The translations under genes and the position numbers were made by a program. DNA of 63,619 nucleotides, filler included, from Folioceros fuciformis (taxonomy: Eukaryota), in the NCBI GenBank assembly GCA_049999805.1. It is 10 parts of 10 records of this genome, joined end to end, with 100 filler letters (N's around TTAATTAATTAA, not from the genome) between each part and the next. Parts side by side here need not be neighbours in the genome. Positions count along the whole stretch, not along the records: positions 47,211 to 53,399 come from JBNGIO010004545.1; positions 53,500 to 60,297 come from JBNGIO010004548.1; positions 60,398 to 62,437 come from JBNGIO010004562.1; positions 62,538 to 63,619 come from JBNGIO010004630.1; 6 more parts are not named here. One strand, given 5' to 3'. The notes beneath the pieces are model-generated. The model was given only the letters and a program-made list of their open reading frames with translations. It was not told where the DNA came from and ran no database searches. This document shows, in pieces, positions 52,073-63,619 of the stretch (positions are counted from its first letter, which is position 1; the number at the start of each line of letters is the position of its first letter).

Positions 52073-52800
52073 CCACCTTTAGTGGCCACACTTATCCCAC
52101 TGTCGTTGAGACATTGGGTTTCGTTCCCACGAAGGAGCGATGGGGTTCCTTGCTGCTGTGGATGGAGGGTCGAACTTGATCGACTCGATGATGGATTCGA
52201 GGGCTCCCCTCCAACTCTGATCAGGCGTAGGACAGGCCTCGCTGTCCGGCGGTCGGCTGCACTTCTCTCGGTGCCCACAAACTCACTCCAGTCACTACAA
52301 CGACCCTAACCTCTTAGATCTGCGACTTCCCTCACTCACTTCACTCACTCTCTCACTCTAGCACCAACACCAGCAACTAACAATGACACCACTACCTTCT
52401 ACACATCGCTACTGACTCCTCCTACCCGGCAAGAGTCACTAGACTAACCCCAAAGAAAAGAAAGAAGGGAACACACTCCCTCTTGGGTATCTCCTCCCCA
52501 CAACCTTACCAGACGCCATGAAACATGGCCGGCCTACAGCACTTGTCCAAACAAGGAACAAGAGTGGACAGGTCGAGAGAAAGACACATCCTTTACAATC
52601 AAGAGCTAGGGGCAAGCCCCTACACCCTGGTCATTACACCATGTGATCCTACCAGACACTATACAACCGGCAACACGCTGCCCGCGATCCTACTAGACAC
52701 TGTACAGCCGGCAACACGCTGCCTGCGATCCTACCAGACACTATACAACTGGCAACACGCGGCTTGCGATCCTACCAGACGTTGCACAGCCGGCAACACA
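52073..52800 (+). mobile_element. LTR family B copy with 44-bp tandem repeats (about 52640-52800)
   Basis: Matches 17530-18144. Repeat core gatcctaccagacactatacaaccggcaacacgc. Confidence 0.8.
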
Positions 52801-53879
52801 CTGCAGGTCATAAACCAAGCAAGGACGGACCACAAGAGCTCGTGAAGAGAGGACCTCCAAGAGCTCACAAAGTGACAGACTGACTCCCAAAGTGAATGAC
52901 TCCCTCCTCCTACAGGCTCACCTGATCTTATAGAAGCCTCTCTCTTTCTCTGACTTCACCTCTCTCTAACTTGAGAAATATTATTTTAATAGGACCACTA
53001 GCCTAGCCGGCTATCACCAGCCACTTATTTAGACTTCTAGCACATCCTACCACCAATGAGCTCCTGGCCCTACCACCACAAGGATCTACCACCTCTTAGA
53101 CTATTCTGAGACTTCGGAGGATGTCTGATCTTCAAAGATCTGCGGCCGCCGCCTCTTCCTTGCTGGATGGGCGCTCGCTAATTCTTCCCCTGCAACTGTT
53201 CACCCTTGGTGGCTGAGCCAGCCTCCAGGGGAGGAGCATGAGCAATGGGAAAGAAAGAGAGGAGGTAGGAGGCAATGGGATCAGTAGCCGGAACCAGGCC
53301 TGAAAACGGTAGCTTATTCAGCGGGATCAGCTTCCAGCCGAAATGGTTTCTTGGCCATGGAAGACTAACCCTGGGGTGCTGGGGGAGGCCCCGAACTAGN
53401 NNNNNNNNNNNNNNNNNNNNNNNNNNNNNNNNNNNNNNNNNNNTTAATTAATTAANNNNNNNNNNNNNNNNNNNNNNNNNNNNNNNNNNNNNNNNNNNNG
53501 TGCAAGCCTGCGAGAATTCAACCTCCAATTACACCGCACCCGCCTTGCCAGTGAGGGGACGTCGAAGCCGTCTTCTGGGTACCCCAGCTACAAGGTTCAT
53601 AGATCCTGTTGAAAAGGGCTGAGTTGTGTACAGTGAAGCCCTGGATGTGGCTGCCGATGTTTGTGTCTCTGCCCATTCCTGAAAAGAATCGAAACCCAAC
53701 AGCGCAATGGGTCAGCCATTTCGGCGGCGTCACCTTCAATTATTTTATGGAAAGGGTGAAAAAACATGTCTGTAGTGTGCTCACACTACTGCTCATTAGT
53801 CCAGATGCTGAGCTGGTAAAACGGCTCTGGGGTCAGAGCGGAAAGAACATACCTGGAACAGGAGCATGGGCATGTCACT

Positions 53880-54370
53880 CGCCATGAGTCGGGGGACCGC
53901 CTGCCCCTGCACGAGGAGCAGCGGGGAGAACGCCGAGACCCTGGTACAGTCCCAGCAACCTCATTCGGTACCTGTGGTGGAGTTCCATACAGCCGGGCAC
54001 GCCAGGGAGGCTCCAGTCGTGGGCGGTGGGATCCAAAGCCAACACAACGGCATCTTGGAGAACACGAGACTCGGCGTGTTTCGCAGACTCCAAGATCCTC
54101 AGGGCGGGTTCCTGTCACAAAATTCCCAGCAGAAACTGTTCACAGATAGCTAGTGCCGCAGGGAGTTCGTAGTTGTAAGATGCCTTGAGCATGTGGATGC
54201 CGTGGGTGTTGAGCAAGGCGGGGGGTCTATTCTCCCTTTGTGCGCGTGGTCGAGTCAACGTAAACACATCGGGTGCTCCTCAACAAGCGTCCTCACCTCG
54301 AGGATGGAGCTGGAGAGCAAGGTGGTCCTGTCGATTTCAGGGTCCTTTGCCGCCGAGACATGGCCAGGAG
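53880..54370 (-). pseudogene. BTB/POZ domain gene fragment
   Basis: LDHAHKGRIDP / LLNTHGIHMLKASYNYELPAALAICEQFLLGIL*QEPALRILESAKH...LQDAVV, with a frameshift and stops. Confidence 0.5.
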
Positions 54371-55642
54371 TAGTCAGGTTACATTAAAAACGCAGTATCA
54401 GAAGAAGTAAGACTGTGAAAGGAGCGAACACAGGACTGGGGATGACACAGAACTCTGGGAAGATGGAGGAACATATGTGGTGGTACAACACGCGTAAGAG
54501 CCTACGGGACAATGCAAATTTTGAATGGAGAACTATCGATAACACGTCAGAAAACGCAGGACTGAAATGTGACTGGGAGGATGGAGTCACCACTTACAAC
54601 GAGGTCTCGCTGGTCATGAGAGAAGGAGCCGTTTCCTCAGCCGACGGGAATGTGCGGAGTCGGTGCCAAAACCGTCTCTCTCACCACGGCCGCATAGTGC
54701 CGCTGCAAAAGTGCCAGTCGATCGGTTTCGGTACCTACATTCCTCACTCTAGCATCCAGAATTGGAATATATCCGGCCAGATTGAGTCCACCAACAGACA
54801 CCTAGAAGTAGTTCATGGCCTAGAGCGGCTGCGATCGTTCCAGTAGTTCCGCATGGGGATGAGCATGGGAATCAGCTGGCACTCACGTGGAGCGGGCCCG
54901 TCGGCCTGGGAGGCGAGAGTGTGCAAGGCATGGGAAGAGGAGTGGGTCGGGGATCCGACATGGGACTAGGTCTCGCAGCAGATCCATCCGGATCTGAAGC
55001 ATCCTGATGTGGAGGCTTTGTGGACGAGGAAAAGTATAAGGGAAAGGGATTGGTTCCTTGATCATCATCTAGAGAAGGACTCATCCTGCATTGGCTAAGA
55101 TGTAATCATTTATGAGCACGATCACAGGTAACCTTCATGCCAATACAATAATGGATATCCCCTAAATCAGCCATCTTAAACTTGGACTTGAGCATAAGGA
55201 TGGTATGGTTTTGGCAAGGAGACCGGCCTTGTCGAGGTGGGCCATAAGGTGGTAGGTAGGTTGCCTACCCCTCCTCTCGTAGGTAGGTTCCCTACCATTC
55301 CCACCCATTGTCGTAGGTAGACAGCCTACCCCATTGCCGTAGATGGGGTGTCTACCGTATAAGTACCTTCCCTACCTACATAGGTATCTTCCATTTTCCC
55401 CACGTAGGTACTCTCTCTACGTATGTAGGTAGACATCCTACTACGTAAGTATGTATCTTCTTATCCTAACCTACCAGAATAGAACTAAAAAAACTCCATG
55501 AAAACCTTTACCAGCCGCTCACTACCTACCATGGGCACTTGCCCAGAAACCTACCTTCCACATGCCTCCCTTCGAACTGTTCTGAACAAAAAGAAACCAA
55601 GTTAGACTTTCCTAGATCGATTACCAAACTTTTCCGTTGCAC

Positions 55643-56419
55643 ACCGTTCCTCCAGTTGTAGAAGAAGAGAGAGTGCAACCAGCTCCGGTCGAGGCGCCTG
55701 TGCTTCAGAGGTCAGGAAGGATTTCACGTCCTCCTGACAGGTATGCTGCATCTCTTGATTATGTCATGTTGACGGATTGTGGGGAGCCCTCTTGTTATCA
55801 AGAGGCCATGTTAGTGACTGATAAGAACAAGTGGGAGAAGGCAATGCAGTCGCAGACAAATTCGCTCCATAAGAACCACACTTGGGAGTTGGTTCAGTTG
55901 CCTAAGGGTAAGAAGGCATTGCCATGCAAATGGGTGTATAAGATGAAGGACATACCCCATTATAGCAAACCCAAGTACAAGGCACGATTGGTTGCTAAGG
56001 GTTTTAAGCAACAGCAAGGTATTGACTTTGATAAGATTTTCTCACCAGTTGTCAAAATGACCACTTTGCGATCTATTCTTGCTCTGGTTGCAAGGAATGA
56101 CATAGAACTTGTCCAGATGGATGTGAAGTCGGCATTTCTGCATGGTGATCTTGAGGAAGAGGTATACATGCAGCAACCAGAGGGTTTCATTGAGAAGGGC
56201 AAAGAGAATCTGGTCTGCAAATTAAAGAAGAGCCTTTATGGTTGAAGTAGACACCCAGGGAGTGGTATTACAAGTTCCACTCATTTATGCTTTCTCAAGG
56301 CTACAAACATAGCGAGGAGGATCACTGCCTCTATACAAAGCAAGCGAAGGATGGAAGCTTGCTCATTTTGGTCCTCTATGTGGATAATATGCTAATTGCT
56401 GGGAATATCAAGGTCTAAC
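55643..56419 (+). mobile_element. Copia RT remnant, truncated at 56420
   Basis: [52 protein letters not shown]. Confidence 0.92.
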
Positions 56420-56869
56420 CTAGATGGGCGGATTTCACAAAGCCCATTTTGTCCATTTGAAATTTGTCTTGATCCGAGCTCCTTATCTACCTTTGATTTA
56501 TTTTCACAAACAATGACGCCACCGACATGTATGAGTATATTATTTTTTCTCCAAATGTCAATAAAACCAAAATAAATGAAGTAAACATATTGAGTCTTCT
56601 ACACGAAACTTGATATTTCGCAACTAAAACATATGGTACACCGGTCAACTGGTGCACAAACTATTCAAAGTACTTCACGTTCAAGTTTAGAACGAGTTCA
56701 AGTTAAGTCAAGTTTATTGTTCAAACAAAAACTAGGTCATCTTGGTTGGCTTCGGAATCCACAGCTACANNNNNNNNNNNNNNNNNNNNNNNNNNNNNNN
56801 NNNNNNNNNNNNNNNNNNNNNNNNNNNNNNNNNNNNNNNNNNNNNNNNNNNNNNNNNNNNNNNNNNNNN

Positions 56870-58945
56870 GGCTTCGGAATCCACAACTACATCTAAATCT
56901 CTCAGCCGTTGTGCATTCGTATCGCCAAAGTCATCACCACCAACTCGTAGCACCGAGAAGTTGGGGTCCTCTGTAGTTTGGGGCGGCAAAGTACAATTCT
57001 CATCCCAGACGGTGATGGCGTAAAGGTCCTCCGTAGGCGTATCATCAATCTGGGACATGACCTCTCCTTTCTTGCCCAACATACTAAACACCATCATTTT
57101 GCGATCTACGCTCTCATCACCACACACTTCCTTTGCCCAAAACTTTGATGAGCCTCATGTAAACGGCTCTATTGTAATCTCCTCATCTGTGTCAAACAAA
57201 GACCCTAGCCCGATAATCCGCTGCATAATATATGAAGTGCACCTCACATCCACATCGATAGCCACCACATGCCTTCCATGCTGAGCTGCACTTTGGAGAA
57301 GAGATCTCGAACCTACGCATGCATCAACCACCCAGTCCCTTTCACAAGAAAACATATTAATAAGCATATTCATCAACCCTAATGGTTTTTGGTAAGGGGA
57401 GACAACATGCGCATCTGCTGAATGAAAAAGGTGCTTCTTCACCACCGCTCCATGCCTTATAACCTGTGGTAAGAGAAATCCCTAATTCGCAAAAAGTGGA
57501 GCCTTCGATTCTTGAGCCTCTGTTTGCACTGCACTTCCAACAGTCACATATTCAACTGTTTTCACTACTCCTGCGTTTGGGGGTAAGTTAGTCTTCTCCC
57601 ATACCAATGTCTGAATGCTCCCCTTCTTGCACCATGGTCGTTGGGCAATGACTCCAAGTCCACTATATCTCGAGGTTTCTGCAACCAGAATAGTACACGT
57701 TAGTTTGGCTACCGATTTGGCTACTTTACCCTAAGCAGACATGAGTGTACCGGTAGACCGGTGCACTGGGGTCCCAACCGGGAGAAGTGCACCAGTCTTC
57801 TGGCGCCCTTGAACCCTAGCCGGCTACACTAGTGCGGCAGTCTGCCGGCGCACCGGAGCGCGAAACGTCGGGAGTGCACTGTTCTACCGGCTCACTAGAG
57901 CCCGAGCAAGGGGAAGTGCGCCGGTCTACCGGCGCATTGTATCCCGCGCTAGGTGCCCAAGTGCGCCGGTCTACCGGCGCATTATATCTCGCGCAGGGTG
58001 CCCAAGTGCACCGGTCAACCGGCGCACTGTTGCCCGAGCCGCTACCCATTGGAGCTCGAGCCGGCATCAGTGCGCCGGTAGACCGGCGCACTGGAGCCCG
58101 AGCAGGCATCAGTACACCGGTAGACTGGCGCACTAGAGCCCGAGTCGGTAGCAGTGCGCCGATAGACCGACGCACTCGAGCTTCAGCCGGCAGTAGTGCA
58201 TTGGTAGACCGGCGCACTGATGCCCGAGCCTGCAGCAATGCGTCGGTAGACCAGCGCACAAGAGCCTCAGCCGGCAACAGTGCGCCAGTAGACCGGCGCA
58301 CTCTAGTCCGAGCCTGCCCACTCGTTTAGACTGGCGCACTGGAGCCCGAGCAGGACTAGAGTGTGCCGGTCTACCGGCGCACTCTAGTCCAATCCAATGC
58401 ATTATGGGGGAAGGAAAACAACAGCAAACAGAAAAAACTTACCACTTTGGCGAAGGCTATCTAGAACTGTAAAAGATGGCCATCTTTAGTATGCTTCGGG
58501 TACATCTCCTCTGCTTCTTCAAAGGTGTCACACTTCATCACGATTTGGAAGGCATGTTGTATCAAGTGAATCTTCTTCAAACTTCCTGGCTTTAGTGTCC
58601 ATGTCTCTCAATTGAAGCTTGCCCTGAATAACCTTTTGTGTCACCGCAATCAACATCTCCTCTCCCTTCACACCTATTGGGACACCTTGAAAGGCTCTCC
58701 ATGGCCTGCCCTGCATCACTCCTGGCCTCCTGCTGCTATCTTCCGTCACTTGGGTAACAGAACTTTGTAGGGCAGAATCTCTTGTCTTCCGTTCCGCCTT
58801 TGCCCTCTTTGTGGTCCCTACTGTTACCGTGCTCTTCTGCTCTAGCAACTCACACTGTTCCCACATTCTGAATATCCTGTCCACATTGTCCCAAAGAACC
58901 CCAAAACATATGGCTACTCGATATGGCAAAGTCTGCCTATCCAGC
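56870..58945 (-). pseudogene. Beta-class DNA amino-methyltransferase fusion gene, copy 2, with internal deletion
   Basis: Exon 58945-58443, intron 58442-57679, then KPRDIVDLESLP jumps to RPWCKKG...YQKPLGLMNMLINMFSCERDWVVDACVGSRS...GRHVVAIDVD. Colinear with copy 1. Confidence 0.75.
57745..58390. repeat. Array of about 15 palindromic 22-bp repeats, 42-45-bp period, intronic
   Basis: Starts at 57745, 57787, 57832, 57874, 57916, 57961, 58006, 58070, 58112, 58154, 58196, 58238, 58280, about 58318 (partial) and 58361. Confidence 0.92.
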
Positions 58946-59155
58946 TGTGGAGTGGTTTCTTGCATCCAAGAACCACCAAAGGACCACACTTTCCCTTATT
59001 GTCGTTGCAGCCTTATGATTCGCTCCCAAGGGAGTGAACTAGCATCAAGGAACACCTACGACTGTCTACTCACACTTCTACCTATCAACCGGTCCCTAGG
59101 CCTGACCACACACACCAGCAAAAAGGCAAGAATCCTAGCCTATCTTCAGATCACC
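58946..59155 (+). mobile_element. LTR family C start (TGTGGAGTG), inserted in the MTase gene
   Basis: Also at 63141-63619 and reversed at about 61700-62165. Confidence 0.75.
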
Positions 59156-59326
59156 TGTTGGGTATAAAACCCTAACATAGCTTATGGCTTAGGTTAACTA
59201 AAGGTTATTTAATTAACTCAAGAGACACACACAATTTTGTATTTAAAGAGACATCTCTCTCCATTTGTTTAATCAATGTTTTTTGTTATAAGCACGCTAC
59301 TGCATTTATTAGCATGGTATCAGAGC
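59156..59326 (+). mobile_element. Short 159-bp LTR (TGTTGG...AGCA) plus tRNA-iMet PBS
   Basis: PBS TGGTATCAGAGC at 59315-59326. The LTR end recurs at about 59708-59754. Confidence 0.8.
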
Positions 59327-61039
59327 ACCAGCTATATATTCTATCTATCCTGATTCTAGAATGTGCTAGTATAGATAATTTAGCTATTCACATAATACAT
59401 AAATTTCTCTTTTAGAAAATGTGTGATTGTGTGACTAGTAATTCATCTCTGCCTGCACTCTAGATAGTGGTAGTATAATCTAAACTAAATGGGATTGTAA
59501 ATGAGTCTGTTGATTCTGCATAATGACGCGGAGACGTGGGCGATGTCCTGATGAGGTTCTCTCACAGTTTGTGAGTAGACAGGACAGGAATCGTCCACAG
59601 CAAGTTGAGCATCAAGGCAGTCGACGATGGGCGCTTCCACAAGGCCAACATCACAGCTGGATATCTCCTCTTCAAGAGAGAAGATCCCATCAACTCANNN
59701 NNNNNNNTTTAATCAATGTTTTTTGTTATAAGCACGCTACCGCATTTATTAGCAAGAAGATGTAAGACGTGTGTGATACAGCACATCACCTGCTAGAAGT
59801 AGCGAGACTATTTGATTAACGTAACTAAACTATGCGAGGACGTTTCGTGAAATCGTTGCACTTGCCCAAAATTTAGACCAGTCCCAACTTGACCTATGTG
59901 AAAAGGAACTAGCCCAGATGAAGTGGGTGCAGTGTGAATAGCACCCACCGCACAATGAGCAGCTCTAGCAGTGTAAAACGGGTTGCGAAATAGCCCTAGC
60001 CCATTCTCAACTCCTAAACAAATCCTCCTAAGGGTTCTTGCAAACATGTGGATAGTACTAAGTGACAGATCATCATGTCCTATCCGCAATACATTTGCGT
60101 TGTTGTTTGGGCATAATTTTTGTCTCAATTGGATGTCTTGGTGCATATGGTTCGAGACAATAATTCCTTGGAATCACTCTGCACAACATTTACATGAATT
60201 TGGGTACCAAATTACAAGTGTACAATTTCTTAGTTTGCAAGTACTTGCTACTGCTTGGAGTTTTCCCAATTTCGAGCTGCCTCTTCAACTTGACTTTNNN
60301 NNNNNNNNNNNNNNNNNNNNNNNNNNNNNNNNNNNNNNNNNTTAATTAATTAANNNNNNNNNNNNNNNNNNNNNNNNNNNNNNNNNNNNNNNNNNNNCAA
60401 GTTGGCGAAGTGGGACCTGTGGAGGAAAGGTTGCTTGTCTCGGGCACCGAAGATATTTCGGATCTGTTGGTCGGAACCAAGTAGGGAGCAGGAGGCGAGG
60501 TCCGGGAAGCGCTCGGGAAGTTGATACCCTGTTGCTTGGGGTAGTGGGTGGAGTCGCAGAAGGTAGCCCCCGTAGAGGGACTAGCCAAAGGAAGTCCAGG
60601 AGGCTACGGGAAGCTTGATGGTGATGGAGCGGATTATCAGGATCGTAGCTTGTTGTCAAGGGGGAAACAATGGGGAATATTCTGAGGACACTCCAGGGAT
60701 GACAGGCCGTCCTAACAATCTGAGGGGATGGAGCATTCCTACTCATGAGCTACCCTTAGTTTATAAGGCTCGTGGGAGGCAAGGTCGTGAGGAACCACCT
60801 NNNNNNNNNNCCTTAGTTTATAAGGCTCGTGGGAGGCAAGGTCGTGAGGAACCACCTGGGGATCAAACGCCTTGGAGAGAAGGGGTGGTCCATTTTTGAG
60901 GATGTGATCACAGGGCTTAAAGTGGTGGAGATGCATTTGAGGGAGGAAAGGGAATTTTTGAGATGCCCTATTGATTTTGGTTTATCCGTAGGGGGTGACC
61001 AAGGGTGGCGGCCAACCCCTCTTAGGTCAAAGTTAGGAT

Positions 61040-61275
61040 TAGGCTTAGGTTGGGGTTAGGATTAGGTCAGACCTAGGTTAGGTTTAGGTCATACCTAGGT
61101 TAGGTTTAGGTCAGACCTAGGTTAGGTTTAGGTCAGACCTAGGTTAGGTTTAGGTCATACCTAGGTTAGGTTTAGGTCATACCTAGGTTAGGTTTAGGTC
61201 AGATCCAGGTTAGGACAGACCTAGATTAGGTCAGGATAGGTCATACTTAGGTTAGGTTTAGGTCAGAACTGGATG
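61040..61275. repeat. 22-bp tandem repeat with telomere-like core
   Basis: Unit taggttaggtttaggtcagacc, about 10 copies. Confidence 0.9.
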
Positions 61276-61734
61276 TAGGATGGTTTAGGTCAAAGAGAGA
61301 GATGGTTAGGTGGTTGACTCAGGTTAACCCTAGTAGACAGAGATGAGGGCTAGGCAGTATAAGAGGGAAGACCTGCCATTGAGAGGGGGGGTCTACGGTG
61401 TGATGTCCCTGGACCTTGTGTGCAGAACTCTTGGCTTAGGGCGCTGAGCCGGTTGAGACTGAACCGAGATCCTGATTTCCCTTGCCACTAGGGGAACGTG
61501 GAGATCCCAAGACCGTCAAGATCCATGTGGCCGGATCCGCAAGGGCTGAATGATTCGCACACTAGCTGGAGTGAAGGGACATGATCGTGAGCCTGGAGGG
61601 CTATCCAGTCCTAGTATCCACACTATGCTTAAAGGCTGCAAGGAGTGAAGCCATTGTGTTCCAATTTCCAGGGAATAGCTGAGGCAAGGAGAGGAAGAGT
61701 TGGAGTGAAATGCATAGAAGTGAAGAGTGAAGGG

Positions 61735-61920
61735 TGAAGGGCTGAAGTGAAGAGGAAAGGACTGAAGTGGGAATCATGAAGGGTTGAAGTGAAGAGGAAA
61801 GGACTGAAGTGGGAATCATGAAGGGNNNNNNNNNNAAGGGTTGAAGTGAAGAGGAAAGGACTGAAGTGGGAATCATGAAGGGCTGAAGTGAAGAGGAAAG
61901 GACTGAAGTGGGAATCATGA
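61735..61920. repeat. 42-bp tandem repeat within LTR C
   Basis: Unit gaagggctgaagtgaagaggaaaggactgaagtgggaatcat. Confidence 0.9.
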
Positions 61921-62165
61921 GGAGCTGAAGGACTAAAGATTTGGAGTGTGAGTTGTTGTGAGCTGATTTGAGGATAGGCTAGGCTTTTGGCCTCCTTGTT
62001 GTGTGTGTATGGTCAGGCCTATAGACCGGCTGATAGGTAGAAGTGTGATAGGTAGTGTCCCTTGGCACTAGTTCACTCCCTTGGGAGCGAATCATAAGTC
62101 TGCAACGACAATAAGGGGATGTGTGGCCCCTTTGGTGGTTCTTGGGTGCAAGAAATCACTCCACA

Positions 62166-62437
62166 GTCCCCCTCTTGACCAGGTATCCCATCAGCATGCA
62201 AAGAGCTGTTCGACATTGCTGATAATTTTTTGCCATGTGGATGTCCACAGCATAGATGCCACAGCATAGCTGTCTCACCAGGTGTGAGATTCGCAGGAAT
62301 ACCAACAACATTCAGCATCGGCAAGCTACTACCTTCAAGGCTCAGTTGGTATATATCATTCACTGGAAACCCTTCTGCAAGTACGACATCTGAATCCACA
62401 CTGTCAACAATTATGCACTTGTCTCCCTTAAATAGCA
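62166..62437 (-). mobile_element. Copia GAG-pre-integrase remnant
   Basis: LAEGFPVNDIYQL...LWHLCCGHPHGKKLSAM. Confidence 0.65.
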
Positions 62438-63619
62438 NNNNNNNNNNNNNNNNNNNNNNNNNNNNNNNNNNNNNNNNNNNNTTAATTAATTAANNNNNNN
62501 NNNNNNNNNNNNNNNNNNNNNNNNNNNNNNNNNNNNNGAAAACCAATCAGAGAGTAGGCTAGGGAGTAGTCCACTTGTTGTTATGAAGCAATAAGACAAT
62601 TAATTAAACTTATGTACAAAAACATCTTTAATACCCACTGGCACACCGTTTCGACCACCTACCCAACGGCCTTATGACTAATGCGTCGCTTCGTATTTAT
62701 GTTTATTTATATGCCTATATACGGCTGTATACGGGAATATACGCGAACAACCTGCCCTACCAATTTCTACCTCCCTACACTCAACGACCAAGTTTTCCTC
62801 TGAGCGTGCTCCGCTCCCTCCAATTGTGTTTATCGCTCACCTTCGACATTCAACCTTCCCTGGTGCATACCTTCAACACGTCCAGTCGATAGTAAGGCAC
62901 CATTCCTTCACGTGGAAGGGCCCAAGTACCTCCCCCTACCAACTTCCGACTACCTACACCTAACACCTTTCCCCACAAGTCTCCTCACAACACCTTCCAC
63001 AACGATCCAACTGCTCGTCTCCCTATGTTCAACACTCTCAACCAGACAACACAAGAACCTTTGCGATCAGCAACAAAAAGGGCACTCGCAGCTCCCCCTT
63101 TCGCCAGGATGTCCACGCAGGCTTACGAAAGTTGGTTCACTGTGGAGTGAAACTTGCACCCAAGAACCACCAAGGGGCCACACTTCCCCTTATTATTGTT
63201 GTAGTCTTATGATTCGCTCCCAAGGGAGTGAACTAATGTCAAGGTTACCTACATCTCCCTAATCTCACCCTATCTATCAGCATATACCAAGTGCTACAGC
63301 AATAGGTCAGAAGTCTCGGTCCTGTCTTCGGCTCCTACCACAACACCAACCCCAGCCTCAACAAAATGAGAACTCCAGCATTGTCTTCAGCCCTCATTTC
63401 GAGCTCCAAGTATCAATCACTTCAGTGCTAAGAGGAGGCTCCAGCCCCAAGTTTGGCCTCTAACTCTCAGCACCTAGTGCTAGCTACCTCCGCAGCTGAA
63501 CGAGAACCTCAACTTCAGCTAGCTCCTCACTCCAGCTCCAACACTTCATTCCACCACTTCAGCACTTCAGTCCTTCACTTCACCCTCCAGCCCCTCACTT
63601 CAGCTCAACTCCTCACTTC

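Larger units (their letters stand above)
2940..62537. other. Artificial scaffold linkers N44-TTAATTAATTAA-N44 (9 copies)
   Basis: Identical 100-bp spacers with all-frame stops at 2940, 8149, 12942, 18145, 30540, 47111, 53400, 60298 and 62438. Confidence 0.97.

Noticed and set aside
57745-58390. CRISPR array
   Set aside because: Spacers are only about 20-23 bp and resemble each other, repeats degenerate and invert, the array lies in a spliceosomal intron, and there are no cas genes.
59760-60297. Possible transposase remnant (also 15950-16330 and 25560-26260)
   Set aside because: No diagnostic motif recognised with confidence; needs BLASTx or HHpred.

Overview
Repeat-rich nuclear DNA from a land plant, probably a non-seed plant (inferred from gene style, not proven). 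The window is not contiguous: nine N44-TTAATTAATTAA-N44 linkers join ten draft scaffolds, which also carry 100-N and 10-N gaps. Apparently intact host genes are an intronless secreted legume-type lectin (22722-23549) and a compact island at 38-47 kb. The island holds a COG0523/CobW GTPase, complex I subunit NDUFB2/AGGG, mitochondrial FtsH4, and a MYB88/FLP-like gene cut by the scaffold end. Disabled host-gene copies are SBE3/BE1, NPC phospholipase, BTB/POZ and PPR. Most of the rest is nested, decayed Copia and Gypsy LTR retroelements and minisatellites. The most notable signal is a repeated, intron-containing gene for a prokaryote-type beta-class DNA amino-methyltransferase (N6-adenine/N4-cytosine fold). 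It occurs as two diverged, disabled copies (18245-19989 + and 56870-58945 -). Both have an intron at the same codon filled with a 22-bp palindrome (GTGCGCCGGT-CT-ACCGGCGCAC), and they share a putative terminus. The same palindrome flanks a transposon-like ORF at 16.7-17.5 kb, which suggests an MTase-carrying DNA transposon family.
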